Source: Gallaecimonas pentaromativorans
GTDB taxonomy: Bacteria > Pseudomonadota > Gammaproteobacteria > Enterobacterales > Gallaecimonadaceae
Reading direction: 5' to 3'
Assembly: GCF_003751625.1 (NCBI RefSeq)
Contig: NZ_RJUL01000001.1
Location: forward strand, 18,253 to 50,252
DNA: 32,000 bases
Made by a program: the position numbers and the translations under genes. This document shows, one piece after another, positions 25,069 to 32,000 of this stretch. The notes beneath the pieces are model-generated. The model searched no databases. It was not told where the DNA came from and saw nothing but the letters and a program-made list of their open reading frames with translations. Position 1 is the stretch's first letter, and each line of letters begins with the position of its first letter.

Positions 25069-26778
25069 TCATGACACCGCCACCTCATTTTTTATCCGAA
25101 AACGAGACACCATTTGCCGCAATCTGGCGGCCTGTTCTGACAAGTCTTCACAGGCCCGCTCGGTTTGGGTAGAACTGGCCAGCACCCGCTGCCCGGCATC
25201 GCGAATATCCACCACGTTACGGCTTATTTCCTCGGCTGCTGCCGATTGTTGTTCGCTGGCGGTGGCCATCATGGCATTGGCGTCGTTGAGCTGGGTCAGG
25301 GCCTGGTAGCCACTGCCAAGCTCGGTTTTGGCGGTATTGATACATTGCGAGGTTTCGAGAATTTTCTCGGAGCTTTGGTAGATCATCTCGGCGGCGCTAC
25401 CGGCGTTACCTACCAGGGTAGCAATCAGGTTTTGGATCTCCTGGGTGGCGTCCTGGCTGCGCGACGCCAGCGCCCGCACCTCATCGGCCACCACCGCAAA
25501 GCCCCGGCCCTGCTCGCCAGCCCGGGCCGCTTCAATGGCGGCGTTGAGGGCCAGGAGGTTGGTCTGTTCGGCAATGCCGTTGACGATATTGATAAATTCT
25601 TTGATTTTCTCCGTGCTTTGGCGAAGGTCGTCAATCATCTGCCGGGATTTGTCGGTGCTCAGCACCAGCTCTTCGCTCAGGCGCTGGGTTTTGTCCATGG
25701 TCACGCTGCCCTGCTTGATGCTGTTCTCGGCCTGGGAGCTGCTGGCAAAGGTGTCTTGGGCGTTGCGGGCCACCTGGGAGATGGTGGTGGACATCTGGTG
25801 GATGGCGCTGGAGGCCTGCTCGGTATTTTGCTGCTGCTGATTGACCGCCTGGCGGTTGTCTCTGGCCATTTGCGAGAGCGAAGCAGCCGAGCTCACCATT
25901 TGGTCGGAGTGGCTCATGATGCTGGCCACCATGGTGCTCAATGAACCAGCCATCTGCCCCATGCATTGCAGCAACCGGCCCAGCTCGTCCTTGCGGTTGA
26001 CCTCAATCTCGACATCGAAATTACCGTCTGCCATCTGCTCGGCCACGTGGCGTGCCTGGGCCACCGAGCCAACGATTTGCCGGCTGATCACCACACTCAC
26101 GCCAATGCCCAGCAGCAAGGCGGTGGCGGTGAGGAACACCGTTTGCCACATGGCGTGTTTCTCGTCGGCTTCGGCGTTCATGGCCACCGACTCCCCTACC
26201 GCTTCAATGCGGCCAATAAAGAGGGTCAGCTCCTGATTCAACGCCTGCTGGCGCTGCTCAAGGGCCTGGGCCTGGGTTTTAAAAGCGGCAGGCTTTTCAC
26301 TTTTTTGCAGCAGCTCAATCAAGGCAAAGGCTTGTTTTTCAAAGGCGTCATGATGCTCGATGATCTGCTGCAATTGCTGGGCGAGGCTCAGCTCGGTTGC
26401 TTTGACCTCGGTAGAAATGCTGTGCTCGATGGCGCCGCTCAGTAGCCCCTGAGCCTGGGTGATGTTTTTATCGAAATCCAACAGCATTTCCCGGTAGCGG
26501 CGCATCATCTTGGCCACATCGTCACGGCTGGCATCCATGGGAATGTCCATGGCCCGAAAGGATTGCTCCAGCACGGTAGCGCTTTGGATCTGGCGAACGG
26601 TGATTTGGCTGGTCAGTTGCACCAGCGGCATGGTCTCGTGGGCTATGCCTTTAATTTCTTCGGCGATTTTGCCCATTTTTATCATGCTGAACGCCGAGAT
26701 AAGCACGGTGATGGACAGCACCATGGCAACCAGCAACACGATTTTGAGGGCGACGGATTGATCCTTTAACCACTGCAT
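25069..26778 (-). CDS. Methyl-accepting chemotaxis protein with a ~175-aa helical (4HB-like) sensor domain and HAMP
   Basis: TM1 ([22 protein letters not shown]), helical periplasmic region, TM2, then HAMP ([11 protein letters not shown]). Signalling hairpin [43 protein letters not shown] upstream. Confidence 0.9.
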   Translation of the reverse strand: MQWLKDQSVALKIVLLVAMVLSITVLISAFSMIKMGKIAEEIKGIAHETMPLVQLTSQITVRQIQSATVLEQSFRAMDIPMDASRDDVAKMMRRYREMLLDFDKNITQAQGLLSGAIEHSISTEVKATELSLAQQLQQIIEHHDAFEKQAFALIELLQKSEKPAAFKTQAQALEQRQQALNQELTLFIGRIEAVGESVAMNAEADEKHAMWQTVFLTATALLLGIGVSVVISRQIVGSVAQARHVAEQMADGNFDVEIEVNRKDELGRLLQCMGQMAGSLSTMVASIMSHSDQMVSSAASLSQMARDNRQAVNQQQQNTEQASSAIHQMSTTISQVARNAQDTFASSSQAENSIKQGSVTMDKTQRLSEELVLSTDKSRQMIDDLRQSTEKIKEFINIVNGIAEQTNLLALNAAIEAARAGEQGRGFAVVADEVRALASRSQDATQEIQNLIATLVGNAGSAAEMIYQSSEKILETSQCINTAKTELGSGYQALTQLNDANAMMATASEQQSAAAEEISRNVVDIRDAGQRVLASSTQTERACEDLSEQAARLRQMVSRFRIKNEVAVS

Positions 26779-26928
26779 ACCCCATCCTCTTGAGATGAAA
26801 AGGGATGCGGCTCCTTGCCTGCTTTAAACGACCGGAGCCGCTGACATAACTATGGAGTGTAGTAGCCCGGCGCCGTTTCTGGGCATAAGGCACTGAGATA
26901 CCATGAAAAATGCCCAATTTGCAGCGAC

Positions 26929-26960
26929 AAAAAAAGGCCCCGAAGGGCCTTTTTTAAAAA
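26929..26960. terminator. Bidirectional-looking terminator after the M16 operon
   Basis: AAAAAAAGGCCC-cgaa-GGGCCTTTTTTAAAAA, about 9 nt from the stop codon at 26969. Confidence 0.8.
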
Positions 26961-26968
26961 CCGGAGAG

Positions 26969-28351
26969 TCAGAAGGAAAAATCCTTGGCGTCGATGCCGG
27001 TTTCAATCACCTCGCCATACTTGCCGGCAAATTTACGCAGCTCAGCTGCATTACCAATGAGCACCAGTTGCAAATTGCCCTCGGGAAAGAACGTCGGGAT
27101 CAGGGCCTTGGCCTGCTCCAGGGTCAAGCTCTCCACCTCGCTGCCAAACTGGCCATAACGGTTCATGTCCAAACCATAAAGGGCCGAGCGCGACATGGCC
27201 GAGGCCAGGGCGTCATTGGTGCTGAGCTTGGGCGGGAACTGGCCAATCAGGTAGCTCTTGGCCGAGGCCAGGGTGGCTTGGTCCAGCTTACCGGTAAACA
27301 GCTTTTGATAGGTTGCCAGGGCCAAATCGATGGCCGGCTCGCTGGTGGCGTTACGGGTAAAAGTGGAGATGTAAAAAAGGCCGCCGGAGCTGGTGGTATA
27401 AAACCGCGAGCCAGCGCCATAGGTGTAACCCTTCTCTACCCGCAGCGCCTGGTTAAGCCAGGAGGTAAAGCGCCCGCCCAGCACCGTGTTTAGCACTTCG
27501 GCGCGGGCCCAGTCGGGGCTGCTGGCCGCAAAGCCCTGGCTACCAATCATAAAGGTGGTTTCGGTGGCATCGGGTTTATTGACGATAAGCACTCTTGCCT
27601 TATCAGCCACCGCAGGCGCCCGCATCTTCATGCGCGGCGCTTCGCGGCCGGTTTGCCAGTTGCCAAGGCTTTTGCCGAGCGCCTTGGCAAAAGCGGCAGC
27701 CTCAAAATCGCCAGCGGCGCTCACGACCACGTTGCCGGGGTTATACCAGCGCTGGTAGAAGCCTTTGACATCAGCCAGGGCAATATCGGCCACACCGTTT
27801 TGGCTACCGGCAACAGGGTTGGCAAAGGGATTGTCGCCCCAGGCCAGGCGCTTGAAGTAAGGCTTGATCACTTCCCTCGGGCTTTCCCTGGCCTGGGCCA
27901 AATCGGCCAGGTGCAGGGCCTTGAGGTTGGCAAAATCGTCGTCATTAAAGCGGGGTTTGCTGAGCACGTCCTTGATAAGGGCCAGCATGGCCACCTTGTC
28001 TTTGGCCATAAACTGGCTGTGCAGCTCGGTGCCCTCTTCGCTGACGCTCACCTCCATGGAGGCGCCCAGGCTGTCGAGCTCGCTCTCCAGCTCGCCTTTA
28101 GTCAGCGCTTGGGTGCCTTGCAGCAGGCTGTTGCCGGTAAGCCAGGCCAGGCCTGCTTTACCGTCATGCACGGCGCCGGTTTTCACCAATACCACCACGT
28201 CAATCAGTGGCACGTTATGGCGGGCCATCAATTGCAGCTTTACCCCGTTATCCAGGGTTTGGGTGGTCATGGCAGGCAGCTTCATGTCGACTCCGGCAAC
28301 GGCGCCTTGGCTGGCAAGGGCCAGGCCCAGGGCAAAAATAGCGTGTTTCAT
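26969..28351 (-). CDS. M16-family peptidase subunit lacking the HxxEH zinc motif (probable non-catalytic partner)
   Basis: Signal peptide MKHAIFALGLALASQGAVAG. M16-like N- and C-domains are inferred from overall resemblance and operon context. The position corresponding to HxxEH reads LAWLTGNSLLQG. 4-nt overlap with the upstream M16 gene. Confidence 0.8.
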   Translation of the reverse strand: MKHAIFALGLALASQGAVAGVDMKLPAMTTQTLDNGVKLQLMARHNVPLIDVVVLVKTGAVHDGKAGLAWLTGNSLLQGTQALTKGELESELDSLGASMEVSVSEEGTELHSQFMAKDKVAMLALIKDVLSKPRFNDDDFANLKALHLADLAQARESPREVIKPYFKRLAWGDNPFANPVAGSQNGVADIALADVKGFYQRWYNPGNVVVSAAGDFEAAAFAKALGKSLGNWQTGREAPRMKMRAPAVADKARVLIVNKPDATETTFMIGSQGFAASSPDWARAEVLNTVLGGRFTSWLNQALRVEKGYTYGAGSRFYTTSSGGLFYISTFTRNATSEPAIDLALATYQKLFTGKLDQATLASAKSYLIGQFPPKLSTNDALASAMSRSALYGLDMNRYGQFGSEVESLTLEQAKALIPTFFPEGNLQLVLIGNAAELRKFAGKYGEVIETGIDAKDFSF

Positions 28352-29676
28352 TCCTTGTCCTCCTGGCTGCCCAGCACGCCAACGGTACGATTGGCCTTGG
28401 TCAGGTATTTGGCCGCCACGGCCTGCACCTGGGCCGGGGTAACCTTGGCGTAGTCATCCGCCATGGAAAAGAGCTTGCGATAGTCGCCGTTGTAGAGGGC
28501 GTAACTGCCCAGGGCATTGGCCATACCGTTGATGGTTTGCAGCTCGTTGTACTGGCTCACCAGCAGCAGGTTGCGGGCTTTGGTGAGATCGGCCTCGCTG
28601 ATGCCGTGGTCGCGAATGTCTTTGATTTGAGCCAGCAGCGCCTGTTCAAGGGCAGGCTCGGTCACGCCAGGGGCCGCTACGGCGTAGAGATAAAAGAGGG
28701 TTGGGTCCAGGTTGTTGGGCAGGTAGGCAAACACATCGGTTGCCACTTTTTGCTCGTCCACCAGGGACTTTTTCAAGCGGGCGCTGCGCCCCTCAGAAAG
28801 CAGGGTTGCCAGCAATTTCAGGGCCGGGGTGTCGGCGTCTTTGGTGGCGGGCACGTGGTAGGCCACCATCAGATTGGGGCTGGTTACCGAGGGCTTTTGC
28901 ACGTAAAGGCGGCGCTCGCCGCTTTGCTTGGGCTCAACCGTTACCACCGGTGGCGGCGGGCTTTGCGCCGGGATAGCGGCAAAGGCCTGGGTAGCCAGGG
29001 TTTTTACCTTGGCAAAATCCACATCGCCCGCGATGACCACCAGCGCATTGTTGGGGGCGTAATAGGTGCGGTGATAGCTCTCCAGATCGTGCTGGGTCCA
29101 GGCCTTGATGTCTGACTCGTAACCAATCACCGGCCAGGAATAAGGGTGGGCGGTAAAGGCCACGCTCAGCAGCGGCTGGTTGAGGGTCTCAAAGCTGGAG
29201 TTTTCAAGGCCGGTGCGGCGCTCAGACGCCACCACCTCCCGCTCGGAGGCCACCATTTTCGGGTCGATAGCCAAGTGGGCGATGCGGTCAGATTCCAGGT
29301 CAAAAATGGTTTTAAGGCTGGAGGAGGGAAACCAGTCGGTATAAACCGTGATGTCTTCGGTGGTGTAGGCGTTGTTGGCGCCGCCGGCGGCTTCCATCAC
29401 CTTGTCAAACTGGCCGGGGCCGTATTTCTTGGCGCCGTTAAACATCATGTGTTCAAAAAAGTGCGACAGCCCGGTAATGCCGGGGCGCTCGTTGCGCGAG
29501 CCCACTTTCCAGAAGGTGTACATGTTGGCATTGGGGATGGCGCTATCTTCGAGCACCAGAAACTGCATGCCGTTTTTAAGGGTAAAGGTTTTTACGTCCT
29601 TGGCGTCGTAGGCCGCGGCAGGTAAGGCCAGCGCCCCCAGCACACCGGCCATCAGCAACCGGGAAAATGGCTTCAT
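28348..29676 (-). CDS. M16-family zinc metallopeptidase (insulinase/pitrilysin-like), catalytic subunit
   Basis: GLSHFFEHMMFNG (inverted zincin HxxEH) with a downstream E-rich segment. Signal peptide MKPFSRLLMAGVLGALALPAAA. Start at the ATG at 29676, with AAGGAG 7 nt upstream. Confidence 0.9.
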   Translation of the reverse strand: MKPFSRLLMAGVLGALALPAAAYDAKDVKTFTLKNGMQFLVLEDSAIPNANMYTFWKVGSRNERPGITGLSHFFEHMMFNGAKKYGPGQFDKVMEAAGGANNAYTTEDITVYTDWFPSSSLKTIFDLESDRIAHLAIDPKMVASEREVVASERRTGLENSSFETLNQPLLSVAFTAHPYSWPVIGYESDIKAWTQHDLESYHRTYYAPNNALVVIAGDVDFAKVKTLATQAFAAIPAQSPPPPVVTVEPKQSGERRLYVQKPSVTSPNLMVAYHVPATKDADTPALKLLATLLSEGRSARLKKSLVDEQKVATDVFAYLPNNLDPTLFYLYAVAAPGVTEPALEQALLAQIKDIRDHGISEADLTKARNLLLVSQYNELQTINGMANALGSYALYNGDYRKLFSMADDYAKVTPAQVQAVAAKYLTKANRTVGVLGSQEDKE

Positions 29677-29813
29677 TATCAAAACTCCTTTTGCGAATGC
29701 CATAAGGTAACGGCCAGGGCCGCATTACCCCAGTATCAAAATGTAAAAAGCTTTGTCTTTCAGCGATAAACCTACCTTGTTTGCCTTACCTCTCGCTGGC
29801 AGCGGCGCGCTTT

Positions 29814-31052
29814 TTAAAGATTGACCTGCACGCTGAGCTGAAATGCCAGGGCATTGCCGATATCCCGGCGGCTGTCCGGGTGCGCGATGTATTGCAGATC
29901 GGGCTGGATACTGAGCCAGGAATTCACCGCGACCTGGTAGCTGAGCTCCCAGGCCGCTTCGGTGGCGCCAAAATCGTCGGTGTTGCCTTCGGGGCGGTAG
30001 TGGCGGCTATTACGGGCCAGGGCCAGGGCGATACCAGCGGTGTCGTCGGGGCGCTGGCTAAAGGGTTGGGTCAGGGTGAGCCCCAGGCCAAGATAGCGGG
30101 CAAAACGGTTGGTTTGAGGGCTCGCCACGGCGCCTTGCACAAAACCGCCCAGCACCTGCCCCGGCAGCTTGCTTGATACATAAAGCCGCCGGTCGAGCAG
30201 CACATAAAGCCCGCTTGAGCGGGCATTATTGCCGCCATCCAAGGCGGCCTGGCTATGAGTGTAACCCCAAAGGCCAACAGCCAACTTGTTGTCATAGGGA
30301 GCCAGCGACGACACCCGCCCTACCATGTCGGGCTGCCAATCTTTGGGAGGCTCGCCGCTTTGCGCCCGGTCAAGCCAGGCCCATTCGCTTATCCACAACA
30401 AGCCATCGTTTTGGGCAAAGGGCCCGTCCGGGGCACCGTCTCGGTATACCGGGGTGTCATCCAACAGAGCGGTGCGCCACACCACGTTTTTAAAGGGTTT
30501 GTAATCTACTCGCACTCCCACAGAAGTGGCAGGGAAGATAGACGGGCCAGCCGGGCCGCTGCCAGCAAGGCTTGGGTCCATGCCAAAGGAGCTGTTGAGA
30601 AACAACGAAGCGGAGTTGAGCCGGTCAAACTCGCTGTTCACATCGTAAAGCCCGCCCAGTACCGACCAGCGCGAATCGTCGCTGTTGTATTGGGCCCAGG
30701 CTTCATAGAGGCGATTAAGGTGCGACGCGGCAATGTTGCTGGCGCCTTGGGCGTCACCGGTTAGTGCGCTGGGGTCGCCGCCGCGCACCAGCAGCCCTTG
30801 GGTAAAAAGCGTCAGGCCTGGCATGCCCCAAAGGGCACCGCCGTTTCCTTGCAAGGAGGCGTAAATGTTGGTGAGGCCGGTACTGCCGCGTTTGAGGCCG
30901 CCACGCAGGTTGCTGTAGAACTCGCTAGTCATGGAGAGTTCGGCCTGGACGGCTTTGGCATCATCGTCGGCGCGGGCGGGGCTTACCAAACAGCAGGCGC
31001 CAAGGCACAAGGTCAGTGAGAGTGTAGGCAACAATGCCTTGGGTGATGCCAT
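29814..31052 (-). CDS. OprB-family carbohydrate-selective porin
   Basis: Signal peptide ending in ARA. SEFYSNLRGGLKRGS...ASNIAA...NRLYEAWAQY resembles the conserved OprB N-terminal block (SGGLKRG...SNIEA...RL.E.W.Q). Alternating beta-strand pattern to the C-terminus. Confidence 0.75.
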   Translation of the reverse strand: MASPKALLPTLSLTLCLGACCLVSPARADDDAKAVQAELSMTSEFYSNLRGGLKRGSTGLTNIYASLQGNGGALWGMPGLTLFTQGLLVRGGDPSALTGDAQGASNIAASHLNRLYEAWAQYNSDDSRWSVLGGLYDVNSEFDRLNSASLFLNSSFGMDPSLAGSGPAGPSIFPATSVGVRVDYKPFKNVVWRTALLDDTPVYRDGAPDGPFAQNDGLLWISEWAWLDRAQSGEPPKDWQPDMVGRVSSLAPYDNKLAVGLWGYTHSQAALDGGNNARSSGLYVLLDRRLYVSSKLPGQVLGGFVQGAVASPQTNRFARYLGLGLTLTQPFSQRPDDTAGIALALARNSRHYRPEGNTDDFGATEAAWELSYQVAVNSWLSIQPDLQYIAHPDSRRDIGNALAFQLSVQVNL

Positions 31053-31193
31053 TGGCCAAACCTCTACTCAGCAGGCAACCGAACCAGTGCCGACATGATA
31101 GGCAGAGAAAAGCGCCCTCATGCAATCTGATTTAAAGATTAACCAAGCAACAGACAATCTACTGAAGCGAAAACCTACTGGCCAGCCAAGGAG

Positions 31194-32000
31194 TTAGGCC
31201 TGATCTGCCACCACGGTATTGCGCCCCTGTTCTTTGGCCTGGTAGAGCCGGAGATCCGCCTGCCGGTAGAGGCTGTCGAAGTCTTCGCCGTCTTTTAACC
31301 ATTGGGCAAGGCCAATGCTGACCGTAAAGCTAACCGGCTGCCCTTCGGCCATCAGGGTGAGATCGGCCGCGGCGCGGCGCAGCTTCTGGGCAACGTCCAT
31401 AGCGCTTTGGGTGTTGCAACCGGGCAGCAGCAGGCAAAACTCCTCGCCCCCTACGCGAAACACCCAGTCTTGCTCGCGGGTGGCGCTTCGCAGCATCTGG
31501 CTCAGTAGCCGCAGCACTTGATCGCCCACTTCGTGGCCGTGGTTGTCGTTGATTTGCTTGAAGTGGTCGATATCCAGCAGTACCAGGGTAAAGGCATGCT
31601 GCGGCTGGCTTTGGCATAGCTGGGCAAACACATCTTCAAGATAAAGACGGTTATAAAGACCGGTTAACGGATCTTGAGCGGCAACGGTCTGCAGCCTTGC
31701 CACCATCTGATGGCGTCGGGCCTCGTAGGCGTGGCTAAGGGCCCAGATAAAGACATAGGTCAGCCCGGCATTGATGCCCACCGCCACCGTGGCATTGCCG
31801 CCACCGGGCGGCTGCGCCCACACCAGCACCGCCACACCGGCAACGCCCACCACGCCGGTAATAACCCCGCCCCACAGTAGCCCCAGCAATAGCAAACTGG
31901 TGGTGGGCACCAGCAGCAGCCAGTAAAAACCGTCGTTAAGCATGGCCTTGGTGACCAGGCTGTGAAGCACGGTGACGCTGATAAAAATCACCAGCGACGT
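31194..32000 (-). CDS. Membrane-anchored GGDEF diguanylate cyclase; the reading frame is still open at the window edge
   Basis: Hydrophobic N-terminal ~95 aa, then a GGDEF domain (DPLTGLYNR, DIDHFKQINDNHGH, RVGGEEF with REQD as an RxxD I-site 5 residues upstream). A GTG at 31991 is a possible start, but there is no in-frame stop before nt 32000. Confidence 0.85.
   Translation of the reverse strand, partial: TSLVIFISVTVLHSLVTKAMLNDGFYWLLLVPTTSLLLLGLLWGGVITGVVGVAGVAVLVWAQPPGGGNATVAVGINAGLTYVFIWALSHAYEARRHQMVARLQTVAAQDPLTGLYNRLYLEDVFAQLCQSQPQHAFTLVLLDIDHFKQINDNHGHEVGDQVLRLLSQMLRSATREQDWVFRVGGEEFCLLLPGCNTQSAMDVAQKLRRAAADLTLMAEGQPVSFTVSIGLAQWLKDGEDFDSLYRQADLRLYQAKEQGRNTVVADQA

Noticed and set aside
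16684-26960. Three hairpins sharing a GGCC/GCCC stem with a CGAA loop (16684-16710, 23743-23769, 26929-26960), considered as a possible dispersed REP-like element
   Set aside because: The stems differ in sequence and each sits exactly at a gene 3' end with flanking A/T runs. They are better explained as independent bidirectional terminators with stable CGAA/UUCG tetraloops.
1-32000. The many other 60-270-aa ORFs in the track that lie inside or antisense to the called genes (for example 919-1431, 5900-6721, 8538-9197, 10429-11100, 14769-15401, 17018-17767, 17777-18523, 25165-25944, 27653-28453, 28537-29115, 30255-30764)
   Set aside because: Each is fully nested in a gene with strong family motifs. 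They have shadow-frame composition (Arg/Gly/Ala/His-rich) and no ribosome-binding sites.
1-32000. Search for CRISPR arrays, tRNA/rRNA genes, IS elements, integrases and phage genes
   Set aside because: I saw no regularly spaced direct repeats. The three larger intergenic gaps hold no TPsiC-loop-like GGTTCGAATCC segments. No ORF has transposase, integrase or recombinase motifs. This is a by-eye scan only; tRNAscan-SE, Infernal and ISfinder would be decisive.

Overview
Gene-dense chromosomal window with about 28 CDS on both strands and high GC by eye. It looks like an aquatic gammaproteobacterium, but the taxon cannot be fixed without a database search. All calls come from reading motifs in the supplied ORF translations; no homology search was run.

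Content in order:
- 3' fragment of ndh (NDH-2)
- PAS-GGDEF-EAL protein
- M50-like metalloprotease followed by a GAF-GGDEF cyclase
- NarL/LuxR-type two-component pair
- small membrane protein followed by a membrane-anchored DUF2726-like/Zn-ribbon protein
- ABC-F ATPase (ybiT-like)
- Sel1-repeat lipoprotein
- visibly more A/T-rich GntR(YtrA-type)/ABC-ATPase/orphan 416-aa membrane protein operon
- DNA polymerase II (polB) with a LexA box
- DJ-1/PfpI protein
- two MCP chemoreceptors
- CSS-like EAL phosphodiesterase
- NfsB-like nitroreductase
- secreted hypothetical protein
- PAP2 phosphatase
- alpha/beta hydrolase (non-haem haloperoxidase/arylesterase type)
- M16 peptidase pair
- OprB-type porin
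- membrane GGDEF cyclase running off the right edge

The best candidate for something undescribed is a two-gene cassette at 20.7-21.7 kb. It has a 74-aa ORF of no recognisable family, then a 178-aa ORF carrying the HAE...PCxxC zinc-deaminase signature. That second protein otherwise resembles no housekeeping deaminase I recognise and is not in a nucleotide-metabolism context.

I saw no rRNA, tRNA, CRISPR array, transposase, integrase or phage genes.
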